The translations under genes and the position numbers were made by a program. A DNA stretch of 64,000 bases from Gemmatimonadaceae bacterium (GTDB lineage: Bacteria > Gemmatimonadota > Gemmatimonadetes > Gemmatimonadales > Gemmatimonadaceae): NCBI GenBank assembly GCA_040901985.1, contig JBBDYC010000005.1, positions 69,592-133,591 of the forward strand, written 5' to 3'. Shown in pieces: positions 18,935 to 28,780 of this stretch (the stretch's first letter is position 1; each line of letters begins with the position of its first letter). The notes under the pieces are model-generated. The model had not been told where the DNA came from and did no database searches. It was given only the letters and a program-made list of their open reading frames with translations.

Positions 18935-19684
18935 TCAGGCCTCGAGGATTCGCGTCGCGGCCATCGCCGCGCCGAACCCATTGTCAATGTTGCACACCGT
19001 GACCCCAGCCGCGCAGGAGTTAAGCATCGTGAGGAGCGGCGCCAGGCCGCCGAACGCCGCGCCATAGCCAACGCTCGTCGGCACTGCGATCACGGGGACG
19101 CGCACCAGCCCGCCGACGACCGACGGCAGCGCCCCATCCATTCCCGCTACGACGATCACCACCGCCGCGTCACGCAACGTCTCACGCCGTGACAGGATCC
19201 GGTGGATTCCGGCGACACCGACATCGGTGATGCGGGTCACCGGGTGTCCGGTGGCGTCGAGCGTCACGGCGGCCTCCTCGGCGACGGGAAGGTCGCTCGT
19301 CCCGGCCGTCACGATGGCCACGCACCGCGTGCCGCGCGGTACCGGCGTGCGACCCCGCAGCAGCACGGTGCGCGCGAGGTCGTTCAATTCCGCCTCCGCC
19401 CACGCGGCGCCGAGCGCGGCGCGGGTGTCGGCGGACGCGCGGGTCACGAGAAATCCGTCGCCGCGCTCGGCGAGCTTGGCGCAGATCGCCGTCACCTGTG
19501 CCGGTGCCTTTCCCTGCCCAAAAATGACCTCCGGAAAGCCCTGCCGGAGCGCCCGATGCTGGTCCACCGTCGCAAATCCGATCTCGTCCACCGGCGCCTC
19601 ATCGAGCTGGGCGAGCGCCTTGGCGATGTCGGTCCGCCCCTGCGCCACTTCCTCCAGCAGGGCGCGAACGCGCTCGCGCCTCAC
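18935..19684 (-). CDS. larB: Nickel-pincer cofactor biosynthesis protein LarB (PurE-like)
   Basis: D.HR.LRQGFPEVIFG.GK, AGTSDLPVAEEA, DVGVAGIHR, AGMDGALPSVV, PTSVGYG, MLNSCA.G.TV.NIDNGFGAA. Confidence 0.92.
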   Translation of the reverse strand: MRRERVRALLEEVAQGRTDIAKALAQLDEAPVDEIGFATVDQHRALRQGFPEVIFGQGKAPAQVTAICAKLAERGDGFLVTRASADTRAALGAAWAEAELNDLARTVLLRGRTPVPRGTRCVAIVTAGTSDLPVAEEAAVTLDATGHPVTRITDVGVAGIHRILSRRETLRDAAVVIVVAGMDGALPSVVGGLVRVPVIAVPTSVGYGAAFGGLAPLLTMLNSCAAGVTVCNIDNGFGAAMAATRILEA

Positions 19685-20676
19685 GCCGCCTCGACTTCGC
19701 GCAGGGCGTCGTCGGCGAGATACTCGGCAAAGATCCCCTCGACCTCGCCGAAGGAGTTCACCGCGTGGAGCTTCCGCCGGAGGTCCGCCGAATGGGCGAG
19801 GCCACGCGCATACCAGCCGAGGTGCTTCCGGAACTCGAGCGCCGCGCCGGTCGGGTCCTGCTCGTACGACTCGACCATCCGCGCGTGCGAGAGCGCAATC
19901 GCGAAGCGTTCCTCCACCCCCGGCGTCGCCGGCACCGGCGCGCCGTCAATCAGCGCGCGTGCCTGCCGGAAGATCCAGGGCTGGCCGAATGAGCCGCGGG
20001 CGATCATCACGCCGGCACACCCGGTCTCGCGATGCATCCGCGCGGCGTCCTCCGCCGTCTTGATGTCGCCGTTGCCGATGACCGGGATCTCCAACGCGTC
20101 GGCGAGCGCGGCAATCTCCGCCCACCGGGCGGTGCCGGAATACATCTGCGTGCGCGTGCGCGGGTGCAGGGCGATGGCCTTCACGCCGGCCTCCTGGCAG
20201 CGCAGCCCGATCGCCACCGGATCGCGCATCTCCTCGTTCCAGCCACTGCGGATCTTGCAGGTCACCGGCAAGTGGGTGCCGCGGATCACGGCGCGGATCA
20301 CCTGCTGCACGAGGTCGAGGTCGCGCAGGCATCCCGAGCCGCCGTTCCGCTTTACCACCTTCTTCACCGGGCAGCCGAAGTTGATGTCAATGAATTCCGG
20401 CCGGAACACGTCGGTGACGAAGCCCGCCGCCTCCTCCATCGCCTGCGGGTCGGCGCCGAAGATCTGGACGCCGATCGGACGCTCGTCCTCACCGAAGGCG
20501 AGCTTGCTGATGGTCGCCTCGTTCTCGCGCCGAATCCCCTCGGCCGACAGGAACTCGGTGACGACCACATCGGCGCCCCAGGCGCGACAAAGGCGCCGGA
20601 ATGGGGATTCCGACACCCCTGCCATCGGGGCGAGGAAGAGCGGGACCGCGTGGTCAACGGGGTAAGGAAACGGCAT
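19681..20676 (-). CDS. dusB: tRNA-dihydrouridine synthase B
   Basis: LAPMAGV, DINFGCPVKKV, KIRSGW, HPRT..QMY, IGNGDI, GVMIARG. Confidence 0.93.
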   Translation of the reverse strand: MPFPYPVDHAVPLFLAPMAGVSESPFRRLCRAWGADVVVTEFLSAEGIRRENEATISKLAFGEDERPIGVQIFGADPQAMEEAAGFVTDVFRPEFIDINFGCPVKKVVKRNGGSGCLRDLDLVQQVIRAVIRGTHLPVTCKIRSGWNEEMRDPVAIGLRCQEAGVKAIALHPRTRTQMYSGTARWAEIAALADALEIPVIGNGDIKTAEDAARMHRETGCAGVMIARGSFGQPWIFRQARALIDGAPVPATPGVEERFAIALSHARMVESYEQDPTGAALEFRKHLGWYARGLAHSADLRRKLHAVNSFGEVEGIFAEYLADDALREVEAA

Positions 20677-20684
20677 CTCGATGG

Positions 20685-20713
20685 AAGCTACAAGAGCCCC
20701 CAACTGCTTGCAA
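20685..20713 (-). promoter_or_regulatory. Putative dusB promoter (near-leaderless)
   Basis: TTGCAA-N17-TAGCTT, 8 nt before ATG 20676. Confidence 0.6.
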
Positions 20714-20722
20714 TATCAGTAT

Positions 20723-20751
20723 TTGACAGCCCTCGGAGGTCCGGCTAACTT
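20723..20751 (+). promoter_or_regulatory. Putative promoter of the PTS IIA gene (leaderless)
   Basis: TTGACA-N17-TAACTT, 6 nt before ATG 20758. Confidence 0.7.
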
Positions 20752-20757
20752 CGCCTG

Positions 20758-21210
20758 ATGGAACTCCGGGAATTCTTCGCCGAGGATGCCGTACAACTCG
20801 ACCTTGCGGGCTCCACCAAGGACGACATCCTGAAGGAGCTGATCGGCCTGCTGAAATTGGCGGACGCAGAAGAAGGGATGCTCTTCAAGATGCTGAAGCG
20901 GCGCGAAAATCTTGGCTCGACGGGAATCGGCCGCGGCATCGCCATCCCCCACTGCCGCTCGCTGGTGGTGAACAAGCTCCGCGTGGCGTTCGGCCGCAAG
21001 GCCGCCGGCCTGGACTTCAAGGCGATTGACGACCAGCCGGTGCAGTTCTTCTTTCTCATCGTCGCGCCGCCGCTCGAGGTCTCGAATCAGTACCTCCCGG
21101 TGCTGGGCAAGATCGCACAGTTCTCCAAGGAGCCCGACGTGCCAGCGCGGCTGCTCGCGCTGACGACGCCGACGCAGTTCATGGCGCTGCTCGAGGAGAA
21201 GGGCGTCTAG
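20758..21210 (+). CDS. Stand-alone PTS EIIA (PtsN/fructose-mannitol type) protein
   Basis: RE.LGSTGIG.GIAIPH phospho-His motif, F.AID..PV. Confidence 0.9.
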   Translation: MELREFFAEDAVQLDLAGSTKDDILKELIGLLKLADAEEGMLFKMLKRRENLGSTGIGRGIAIPHCRSLVVNKLRVAFGRKAAGLDFKAIDDQPVQFFFLIVAPPLEVSNQYLPVLGKIAQFSKEPDVPARLLALTTPTQFMALLEEKGV

Positions 21211-21256
21211 GTCGTCGCCTCCCGCCGCCCGGGCGCGATCGGTCACGCGCCGGCAA

Positions 21257-22627
21257 TCAGCCGTAATCCATCACCAGCCGTTGCACCTCGGCGCCGAGTT
21301 TGCGCCGCACCCGGCCCAGTTGGAGCACCGCCGCCGCCGCGAGCCCCGCGGTCAGGCCCCACCAGAGTCCGGGCGCGCCCTGCCCGTACCGAAACGCCAG
21401 CAACGCCCCGAGCGGGATGCCGACCGCCCAGAAGCTCAGCGCGTGGAGAATCATCGGCACGCGCGTGTCCCCGGCGCCGCGAAGGATGCTCGCCGAGATC
21501 ACCTGCGTCCCGTCAAACACCTGGAAGACCGCCGCGATCGGAATCAGCGTCGCCGCGAGCGCGAAGGTGGCCACGTCGTCCGTGTACGCCCCGGCGAGCC
21601 GCGCCGGGATCAGCCAGAAGAGCACCGCCATCGCCGCCATGAACCCCACGCCGCAGGCGAGGGCGGCCACGGCATCGCGTCGCGAGGCAGCGACGTCGCC
21701 GCGGCCAATCGCGTGGCCGACCATCACCGCCGCCGCCGCCGCCACCCCCATCGGCACCATGAACGTCATTGACGCCAGGCTCAGCGCGATCTCGTGGCCG
21801 GCGAGCGTCGTCGTGCCCATCCAGCCCGCCATCACCGTCACCAGGCCGAACGCCCCCGCCTCGGCGAGGAACTGCAGGCCCACCGGGACCCCGAGCCGGA
21901 ACATCCGCGCCAGCGGCGCGAGCGCCGCGCTCTCCCGGCGCCACGGCGCCAGGGTCGGTCGCAGGACGCGCCACCCCGCGGCGAGCAGCACGGCCGCCAT
22001 CACCCAGCGCGAGATCGCCGTCCCCTGCGCCGACCCGATGACCCCGCCGGCGGCGAAGCCGAGGTTGCCGAAGATCAGCACCCAGTTGAGAAAGACGTTC
22101 GCAACGTTCGCGACGACGACCGCGACGAGGATCGGCGCCACCCGGGTGAACGCCTGCAGCGTCTGGCGCAGCATATTGAACGCGAAGAACGGGAGCATCC
22201 CGGGAATACTCCAGAGCACGTAGCCGGCCGCGAGCGGGACCACCTCGGCCGGTTGGCGCAGGAAGCCCAACACCCGCTCGGCCGGAAGGAACGTGGCCGA
22301 GACGATCAGGGCGATGATCACGGTCATCAGGACGCCGCGCTGGACCCCGCGGGCAATTGCCGCCTCATCCCGCGCCCCGACCGCCTGCGCGATCACCGGG
22401 TCGAGCGCCATCAGGATCCCGATCCCGATGATGGCGGTGATGAAGAAGTAGAAGTTGCCGAGCGCGCCGGCGGCGAGCGCAGTGGCGGAGACACGCCCGA
22501 GCATCAGCGCATCCACCAGCCCCATCGCCTGCATCCCGATGTTGACGAGGACAATCGGCGCCGCGAGCCGCACCATCTCGCGCAGTTCACCGGGGGTCGG
22601 GCGAAGCTGGGCGAGACGGCCTACCAC
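21257..22627 (-). CDS. MATE family efflux transporter
   Basis: LAAPI...DALMLGR, ANVFLNWVLIFG, FMVPMG, FQVFDGTQ, LRGAGDT. Confidence 0.92.
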   Translation of the reverse strand: MVGRLAQLRPTPGELREMVRLAAPIVLVNIGMQAMGLVDALMLGRVSATALAAGALGNFYFFITAIIGIGILMALDPVIAQAVGARDEAAIARGVQRGVLMTVIIALIVSATFLPAERVLGFLRQPAEVVPLAAGYVLWSIPGMLPFFAFNMLRQTLQAFTRVAPILVAVVVANVANVFLNWVLIFGNLGFAAGGVIGSAQGTAISRWVMAAVLLAAGWRVLRPTLAPWRRESAALAPLARMFRLGVPVGLQFLAEAGAFGLVTVMAGWMGTTTLAGHEIALSLASMTFMVPMGVAAAAAVMVGHAIGRGDVAASRRDAVAALACGVGFMAAMAVLFWLIPARLAGAYTDDVATFALAATLIPIAAVFQVFDGTQVISASILRGAGDTRVPMILHALSFWAVGIPLGALLAFRYGQGAPGLWWGLTAGLAAAAVLQLGRVRRKLGAEVQRLVMDYG

Positions 22628-22634
22628 GTCGGCC

Positions 22635-24179
22635 TCACTCCCACTCGATTGTCGCGGGGGGCTTGGAACTCACGTCATAGACGACGCGGTTGATTCCCGG
22701 CACCTCGTTGATGATCCGACTGGAGATCCGCGCCAGGACCTCGCTCGGGAAGGCAAACCAGTCGGCGGTCATCCCGTCGGTGCTCGTCACCGCGCGCAGC
22801 GCAATCACATGCTCGTAGGTCCGCCCGTCGCCCATCACGCCGACCGACCGCACGGGGAGAAAGACGGCGAACGCCTGCCAGATCTCGTGGTAGAGCCCGG
22901 CGGCGCGAATCTCCTCGAGGTAGATCGCGTCGGCTCGCCGCAGCGTCTCGACCTTCGCCGGGTCCACGGCGCCGAGGACGCGGATGGCGAGGCCCGGCCC
23001 GGGGAACGGGTGCCGGCCGACCATCTCCTCGGGCAGTCCGAGTTCGCGCCCGACGTTCCGGACCTCGTCCTTGAACAGTTCGCGCAGCGGCTCGATCAGC
23101 CGGAACTTCATATCGGGCTTGAGGCCGCCCACGTTGTGGTGCGTCTTGATCACCGCGCTGGGGCCGCCCTTGGCGCTCACCGATTCGATCACGTCGGGAT
23201 AGAGCGTGCCCTGGACGAGGAACTCGGCGCCGTTTCCGGCCGCCGCCGAGGCGTCCTCGAACACATCAATGAAGGTGTGGCCGATCGCCGTTCGCTTCCG
23301 CTCCGGGTCGTCGAGGCCCTGCAGCGCACCCAGAAAGCGCTCCTCGGCGCGGACGGTGATGAGCTTGATGCCGAGGTGCTGCCCCATCGTCCGCTCGACC
23401 TGCTCGCGCTCGTGGAGCCGCAGCAGTCCGGTGTCCACGAAGATGCAGGTGAGCTGGTCACCGATTGCCTTGTGCACCAGGGCCGCCGCCACCGACGAGT
23501 CCACGCCGCCCGAGAGTCCGCAGATCACCTGCTTCGCGCCGACCAACGTCCGGATCCGCGCGACCTCGAGGTCAATGAAATGGCCAGGGGTCCAGTCGGG
23601 TGTACAACCGGCAATGCCAAAGAGGAAATTCTCGATGATCTCGGCGCCACGCACGGTGTGCGCGACCTCGGCGTGGAACTGGATAGCGTGAATGGGCTTC
23701 GACCGGTGGCGGAAGCCGACCACGGGGTTCCCCTCGCTCGACGCCGTGAGCACGTAGCCGGGCGGCACGGTCTCGACGTGGTCGCCGTGGCTCATCCAGA
23801 CCACGGAGCGCTCGCCGGCGGTGAAGCCCGCGAAGAGCCCCGCCGCCTCCTTCACCTGCATCTCGGCGCGTCCGTACTCGCGGCGCCCGCCGCCCTTCAC
23901 CGCGCCGCCGGCGGCGACCGCAAGCCACTGCATCCCGTAGCAGACGCCGAGCAGTGGCGCGACGTCGAGGATGGCCGAATCGAAGGTCGGCGCACCTTCG
24001 TCGGTCACCGAGTTCGGGCCGCCGGACAGGATGATCGCCGTCGGTCGCCACGCGCGGATCCACTCGAGCGAGCGCGTCGGCGGGTGGATCTCCGAGAAGA
24101 CGCGCGCCTCACGGACGCGGCGGGCGATCAGTTGCGTGAACTGCGAACCACAATCGAGGATGAGGACCCGCGACGTCAC
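22635..24179 (-). CDS. guaA: GMP synthase (glutamine-hydrolysing)
   Basis: [49 protein letters not shown]. Confidence 0.97.
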   Translation of the reverse strand: MTSRVLILDCGSQFTQLIARRVREARVFSEIHPPTRSLEWIRAWRPTAIILSGGPNSVTDEGAPTFDSAILDVAPLLGVCYGMQWLAVAAGGAVKGGGRREYGRAEMQVKEAAGLFAGFTAGERSVVWMSHGDHVETVPPGYVLTASSEGNPVVGFRHRSKPIHAIQFHAEVAHTVRGAEIIENFLFGIAGCTPDWTPGHFIDLEVARIRTLVGAKQVICGLSGGVDSSVAAALVHKAIGDQLTCIFVDTGLLRLHEREQVERTMGQHLGIKLITVRAEERFLGALQGLDDPERKRTAIGHTFIDVFEDASAAAGNGAEFLVQGTLYPDVIESVSAKGGPSAVIKTHHNVGGLKPDMKFRLIEPLRELFKDEVRNVGRELGLPEEMVGRHPFPGPGLAIRVLGAVDPAKVETLRRADAIYLEEIRAAGLYHEIWQAFAVFLPVRSVGVMGDGRTYEHVIALRAVTSTDGMTADWFAFPSEVLARISSRIINEVPGINRVVYDVSSKPPATIEWE

Positions 24180-24688
24180 GTCTTCCACTCGGCCCCATCG
24201 AGTTTGACGAACTCGACCTGCTTGGTGTCGAGGTCGAGGATGGCCGCCGAGGGCGCGCCATAGATCCACCCGCACGCCTCGCCCGGATTGACGATCAGCG
24301 TGTCGTTGCGCGACTTCATCTCCTGCAGATGCGTGTGGCCGTGCACCACCACGCCGTGCGCGAGCACCGAGCGCTCCACGACATCGCCGATGTCGTGGAC
24401 GATCAGCACCTTGTGGTCGCCGAACTTGATGCTGTGCGGCGACTCGAAGAGTTCCTGCCCCATCCCCTGCGCGGCGGCGGCGCGGATCCCCTCCGGGTCG
24501 CCATCGTTCCTGCCGAACACGCCGGCCATCGCGATCCCGTGGTCCTGGAACGGCTTGAGGGCGAACGGCGAGCAGTAGTCCCCGGCGTGGAGGACGAAGG
24601 TGACCCCGCGCGCCACCATCTCGCGCAGCAGCGCGTCAACTGCCGGCACACGGTCGTGGGTATCCGCCAACAGGCCGATCCGCATCAC
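24176..24688 (-). CDS. YfcE/MJ0936-family metallophosphoesterase
   Basis: DTHD, HAGD, HGHTH, VNPGE motifs. Confidence 0.88.
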   Translation of the reverse strand: MMRIGLLADTHDRVPAVDALLREMVARGVTFVLHAGDYCSPFALKPFQDHGIAMAGVFGRNDGDPEGIRAAAAQGMGQELFESPHSIKFGDHKVLIVHDIGDVVERSVLAHGVVVHGHTHLQEMKSRNDTLIVNPGEACGWIYGAPSAAILDLDTKQVEFVKLDGAEWKT

Positions 24689-25968
24689 TCCTCCATCCAG
24701 CGGGGGGTCGAGGACTCCAGGCGCACCAGGTCCTCGTACGACTCGCGCGCCGTGACCACCGCCCAGCGTGCGCCGTCCACCAGCACCTCGGCCGCGCGCG
24801 GCCGGGCGTTGTACTGCGAACCCATCACATAGCCATACGCGCCGGCGGTGTGCACCGCCAGTAGGTCCCCGGGGACGACCGCGCCGATCGTCCGGTCGAG
24901 CGCCAGGAAATCGCCGCTCTCGCAGACCGGCCCCACGATGTCGGCGACAATCTCGCCCGCCGTCGCCGTCACCGGCTCGATCCGATGGAAGGCGTCGTAG
25001 TGCGACGGGCGCAGGAGCTCGGTCATTCCGGCATCGCAGATGACGTAGGTCGTGCCGGCGTTCTCCTTTCGGTAGAGCACCCGGGTGAGCAACACGCCGC
25101 TCGCCGCCACGAGGTAGCGGCCGTGCTCCACCACCATCTCGACGTCGCCGAGGGCGCGCGCCGCCTCGCCGAGGATGGCGCCATACCCGGCAAGGTCGGG
25201 CTCCTCCTCCCCCGCGTAGGGGACCGGAAGGCCGCCACCGACGTCAAGCCAGCGGATCGGCGCGCCGGCACTGCGCAACGCCTGCGCCAGCTCGACGAGG
25301 CGCGCCGCCCCTTGCCGGTACGCCTCGAACGAGTGCAGCTGCGAGCCGATGTGCATGTCCAGCGCCACCAGCGCCACCCCCTCCAGCGAGAGCGCCGCAC
25401 GTCCGACCGCCAAGGCGTCGTCGAGCGCGATGCCAAACTTATGGCCGCGCGAGCCCGTGGCGATGTAATGGTGGGCGTTGTGCACGTCCACCTCCGGATT
25501 GACGCGCAGGCCGACCGGGGCCGTCACGCCGCGCTCGACGGCGAGTGCCGCGAGGAGGCGCAACTCGGCCTCCGACTCGACGTTGATCAGCCGGACACCG
25601 GCCGCCAACGCGTCGCCCAGCTCCTGACGCGTCTTGCCCACGCCGCCGAAGACGATCTCCTTGCCGGTGAAACCGGCCTGCTGCGCGCGATAGAGCTCGC
25701 CGCCCGAGACGACATCCACGCCGCAGCCGAGGTCGCGCAGTACGCGCAGGAGGCCGCGGTTGGCGTTCGCCTTGAGCGCGTAGTGAATCCGGTGGGGCAC
25801 GCCCTCGAGGGCCGTGCGCAGCCGGGCCACGCGCTCGCGCACGACGCCCGCGCTGTAGACGAAGACCGGCGTCCCCGCCGCCTCGGCGATCCGGGCCGCC
25901 GGGACCTCGTCGCAGTGGAGCGCGTCGGCGCGGCGGGTGAACCCCGCGGTCAGTACGCCTTGGCCCAC
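24685..25968 (-). CDS. lysA: Diaminopimelate decarboxylase
   Basis: YALKAN (PLP Lys), DVVSGGE, KFGI, HIGSQ, VGPVCESGD, GAYG..M.S.YN.RP. Start GTG 25968 inferred. Confidence 0.93.
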   Translation of the reverse strand: MGQGVLTAGFTRRADALHCDEVPAARIAEAAGTPVFVYSAGVVRERVARLRTALEGVPHRIHYALKANANRGLLRVLRDLGCGVDVVSGGELYRAQQAGFTGKEIVFGGVGKTRQELGDALAAGVRLINVESEAELRLLAALAVERGVTAPVGLRVNPEVDVHNAHHYIATGSRGHKFGIALDDALAVGRAALSLEGVALVALDMHIGSQLHSFEAYRQGAARLVELAQALRSAGAPIRWLDVGGGLPVPYAGEEEPDLAGYGAILGEAARALGDVEMVVEHGRYLVAASGVLLTRVLYRKENAGTTYVICDAGMTELLRPSHYDAFHRIEPVTATAGEIVADIVGPVCESGDFLALDRTIGAVVPGDLLAVHTAGAYGYVMGSQYNARPRAAEVLVDGARWAVVTARESYEDLVRLESSTPRWMEE

Positions 25969-27431
25969 ACGACCTCGTGCTTTGCCTTCCCGCCGGTCAC
26001 CAGGCAGGTGGCGGGGGCGGTCGGCGACCGGAACTCCGGATCGGGAATCACCCGGATGGTCGCCTTGGTCTCCGCCTTCACTTTCGCCTCGATGGCCGGG
26101 TCGCCGTTCCAGCCGGCGTAGACGAAGCCGCCCTCGCCCTCCATCAGTTGACGGAACGCGTCGTATGACATCGGCTCGCGATGCGTGGCCGCCTCGCGGC
26201 GCGCCTTGGCGTCGGCGAGCATCTGCCCCTGGATCTCCTCGAGCAGCTTGGCGACCTGCGGCGCCAGGTCGTGCATCGCGAGCGGCCCCTTGGCCTTGGT
26301 GTCGCGCCGAGCCGACATCACACTGCTCTGGTCGAGGTCGCGCGGGCCGAGTTCGAGCCGAAGCGGCACGCCGCGCAGCTCCCACTCGTAGTACTTCTCT
26401 CCCGGCCGCATCCCCTCGCGGGCATCCACGCGCACGCGCAGGCGATCGGTCGCCCCGCGCCCGGTCCAGGCCTGCAGGTCGTCGCGCAGCCGGTGCGCGG
26501 CGCCGACCACCCGATCGCGCTCCTCGTCCTTGCGGAAGATCGGCACGATCACCACCTCGATCGGCGCCAACCGCGGCGGAACACGAAGCCCGTGGTCGTC
26601 ACCGTGCGTCATCACCAAGCCGCCAACCAGCCGGGTCGAGACGCCCCACGAGGTATTCCAGGCGAACGCCGTCTCCCCCGCCTCGTTCTGGAACTTGAGG
26701 TCGAACGCCTTGGAGAAGTTCTGGCCGAGGTTGTGCGACGTGCCGGCCTGCAGCGCCTTGTTGTCCTGCATCATCGCCTCGCACGAGTAGGTGCGCAGCG
26801 CGCCGGCGAACCGCTCGCCCTCGGTCTTGATGCCGGTGATCACCGGCATCGCGATCCACCCTTCCATGAATTCGCGGTAGACCCCGAGCATCCGGCGCGC
26901 CTCCTCCTCCGCCTCGGTCTCGGTGGCGTGCGCGGTGTGGCCCTCCTGCCAGAGGAACTCGAGGGTGCGCAGGAACAGCCGCGTCCGCATCTCCCATCGC
27001 ACCACGTTCGCCCACTGGTTGATCAGGATCGGGAGGTCGCGGTACGACTGCGTCCACTTGGCGAACATATGATAGATGATCGTCTCCGACGTCGGCCGGA
27101 TGATCAGGGGCTCCTCGAGCTGCTTCCCGCCGCCGTGCGTGACGACCGCCACCTCGGGCGCGAAGCCCTCGACGTGGCTCGCCTCCTTCTGGAGGAAGCT
27201 CTGCGGGATGAGCAGCGGGAAGTAGGCGTTCTCGTGGCCCGTCGCCTTGAACATGTCGTCCAGGGCGCGCTGCATCCGTTCCCAGATGCCGTAGCCATTC
27301 GGGCGGATGACCATCGACCCCTTCACGGGCGAGTAGTCGGCCAGCTCGGCGCGCAGCACCAGCTCGTTGTACCAGGCGGAGAAGTCTTCCGCGCGGGTCG
27401 TCAGCTGCTTGTCGTTTCTTTCCTGAGCCAT
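25950..27431 (-). CDS. proS: Prolyl-tRNA synthetase (archaeal/eukaryote-like type)
   Basis: DFSAWY, RPTSET, QWANVVRWE.RT..FLRT.EFLWQEGHT, LQAGTSH.LGQNF, C-terminal AKAY. Confidence 0.96.
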   Translation of the reverse strand: MAQERNDKQLTTRAEDFSAWYNELVLRAELADYSPVKGSMVIRPNGYGIWERMQRALDDMFKATGHENAYFPLLIPQSFLQKEASHVEGFAPEVAVVTHGGGKQLEEPLIIRPTSETIIYHMFAKWTQSYRDLPILINQWANVVRWEMRTRLFLRTLEFLWQEGHTAHATETEAEEEARRMLGVYREFMEGWIAMPVITGIKTEGERFAGALRTYSCEAMMQDNKALQAGTSHNLGQNFSKAFDLKFQNEAGETAFAWNTSWGVSTRLVGGLVMTHGDDHGLRVPPRLAPIEVVIVPIFRKDEERDRVVGAAHRLRDDLQAWTGRGATDRLRVRVDAREGMRPGEKYYEWELRGVPLRLELGPRDLDQSSVMSARRDTKAKGPLAMHDLAPQVAKLLEEIQGQMLADAKARREAATHREPMSYDAFRQLMEGEGGFVYAGWNGDPAIEAKVKAETKATIRVIPDPEFRSPTAPATCLVTGGKAKHEVVWAKAY

Positions 27432-28771
27432 GTCCTGAGATCGTCCAGTACGGCGGCGTCGCCCGACAGCGCCCCCGCGGCATCCACCGCGTGCGTCGCG
27501 GCCCCCGTTGCCTTGCCGAGCAGGCTCATCGCCTCGACGGCGCCATCCTCGCGGAAGTAGATCACTGCGCGGGCGCCCGCCTTCCGCGCCCCGTCCACCT
27601 GGTTCCGCGTCGCCTGCGAGAGATAGCGCTCGGCGTTCAGTCCGTGATGCACGCTGAAGCCGGCGCCGCGAAGCGCGCTCGCCAGCCGCAGCACGTCGGC
27701 GTAGGGCCGCCCGAGCGCGCCGTTCCCCGCCACCAGATGAAAATCCGCCGCCGCCACCACCGCCTCGGGCCAGAGGCCGCGGTCGGTCAGCAGCTCGCCG
27801 AGCACCACATCCCCCATCCCGAATCCGAGCGCGGGCAGGTCGGCACCGCCGAGCGACTTCAAGAGGTCGTCGTAGCGCCCGCCGCCGCAGATGGCCCGCA
27901 ACTCGCCCTTGGCGTCGAACAGCTCGAAGACAATCCCCGTGTAGTACGCCAGGCCGCGGACGATCGAGAGGTCGAGCGTGATCCACTCGGCCACGCCGAG
28001 TCCATCGAGATGCTCGAGATAGCGGCCAAAGCGCTCGATGGCCTCGCGCGCGGCCGGAGTGCCGCCCTTGGCACCGAACTCCTTGCGCAGCGCGTCGAAG
28101 GTGACGCCGGCGGAGAGCGTGAGCACGCGTTCAATGGCCGACGCCGACAGCCCGACGGCCGACAGCCGCTCGACCGAGGCCTCGCGCGGCTGCCGTCCCA
28201 CCTTGTCCACCACCGCGTACACCTCCGGCCGCTGGGCGTCGGTGACCCCGAGCGCCGTGAGGATCGCATTGAGCAGGCGCCGATCGCTGACCCGCGCGCG
28301 CACGTCGGCGCTGGTGAGCCCGAGCGCCTTGAGGATGTCAATGGCCACGCAGAGGAGTTCGGCGTCCGCAACCTCGCTCGCCTCTCCGACGATGTCCACG
28401 TTGAGCTGGAAGTGTTCGCGCAACCGCCCGCGCTGGGCCCGCTCGTAGCGAAAGAGCTGCGGAATGGAGAACCACTTCACCGGCTTGCGGAGGGCGCGCG
28501 CGCGCGCGCCGACCATCCGCGCCAGCGTCGGCGTCATCTCCGGCCGCAGCGACACCTCGCGACCGCCCTTGTCGGTGAACGCATAGAGCTGGGCGACGAT
28601 CTCCGCCCCGCTCTTCTTCGCGTAGAGATCCAGGGGCTCCAGCGGCGGCCCGTCGTACTCGACGAACGCGTACCTCTGCGCGACGGCCCGCCACGCACGA
28701 AAGATGTGCGTCCGGCGGGCCAGCTCTTCAGGGTAGAAATCACGGAAACCGGGGAGGGCGCCACTACTCAT
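27401..28771 (-). CDS. hisS: Histidyl-tRNA synthetase
   Basis: GFRDFYP, LRPEMT, FRYER.Q.GR.REH.Q, RGLAYYTG, GGGRYD. Confidence 0.96.
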   Translation of the reverse strand: MSSGALPGFRDFYPEELARRTHIFRAWRAVAQRYAFVEYDGPPLEPLDLYAKKSGAEIVAQLYAFTDKGGREVSLRPEMTPTLARMVGARARALRKPVKWFSIPQLFRYERAQRGRLREHFQLNVDIVGEASEVADAELLCVAIDILKALGLTSADVRARVSDRRLLNAILTALGVTDAQRPEVYAVVDKVGRQPREASVERLSAVGLSASAIERVLTLSAGVTFDALRKEFGAKGGTPAAREAIERFGRYLEHLDGLGVAEWITLDLSIVRGLAYYTGIVFELFDAKGELRAICGGGRYDDLLKSLGGADLPALGFGMGDVVLGELLTDRGLWPEAVVAAADFHLVAGNGALGRPYADVLRLASALRGAGFSVHHGLNAERYLSQATRNQVDGARKAGARAVIYFREDGAVEAMSLLGKATGAATHAVDAAGALSGDAAVLDDLRTWLRKETTSS

Positions 28772-28780
28772 CCGCGAAAG

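Noticed and set aside
25950..27431. Archaeal/eukaryote-type ProRS as a sign of unusual transfer
   Set aside because: This type is common in many bacterial phyla; composition and context are native.
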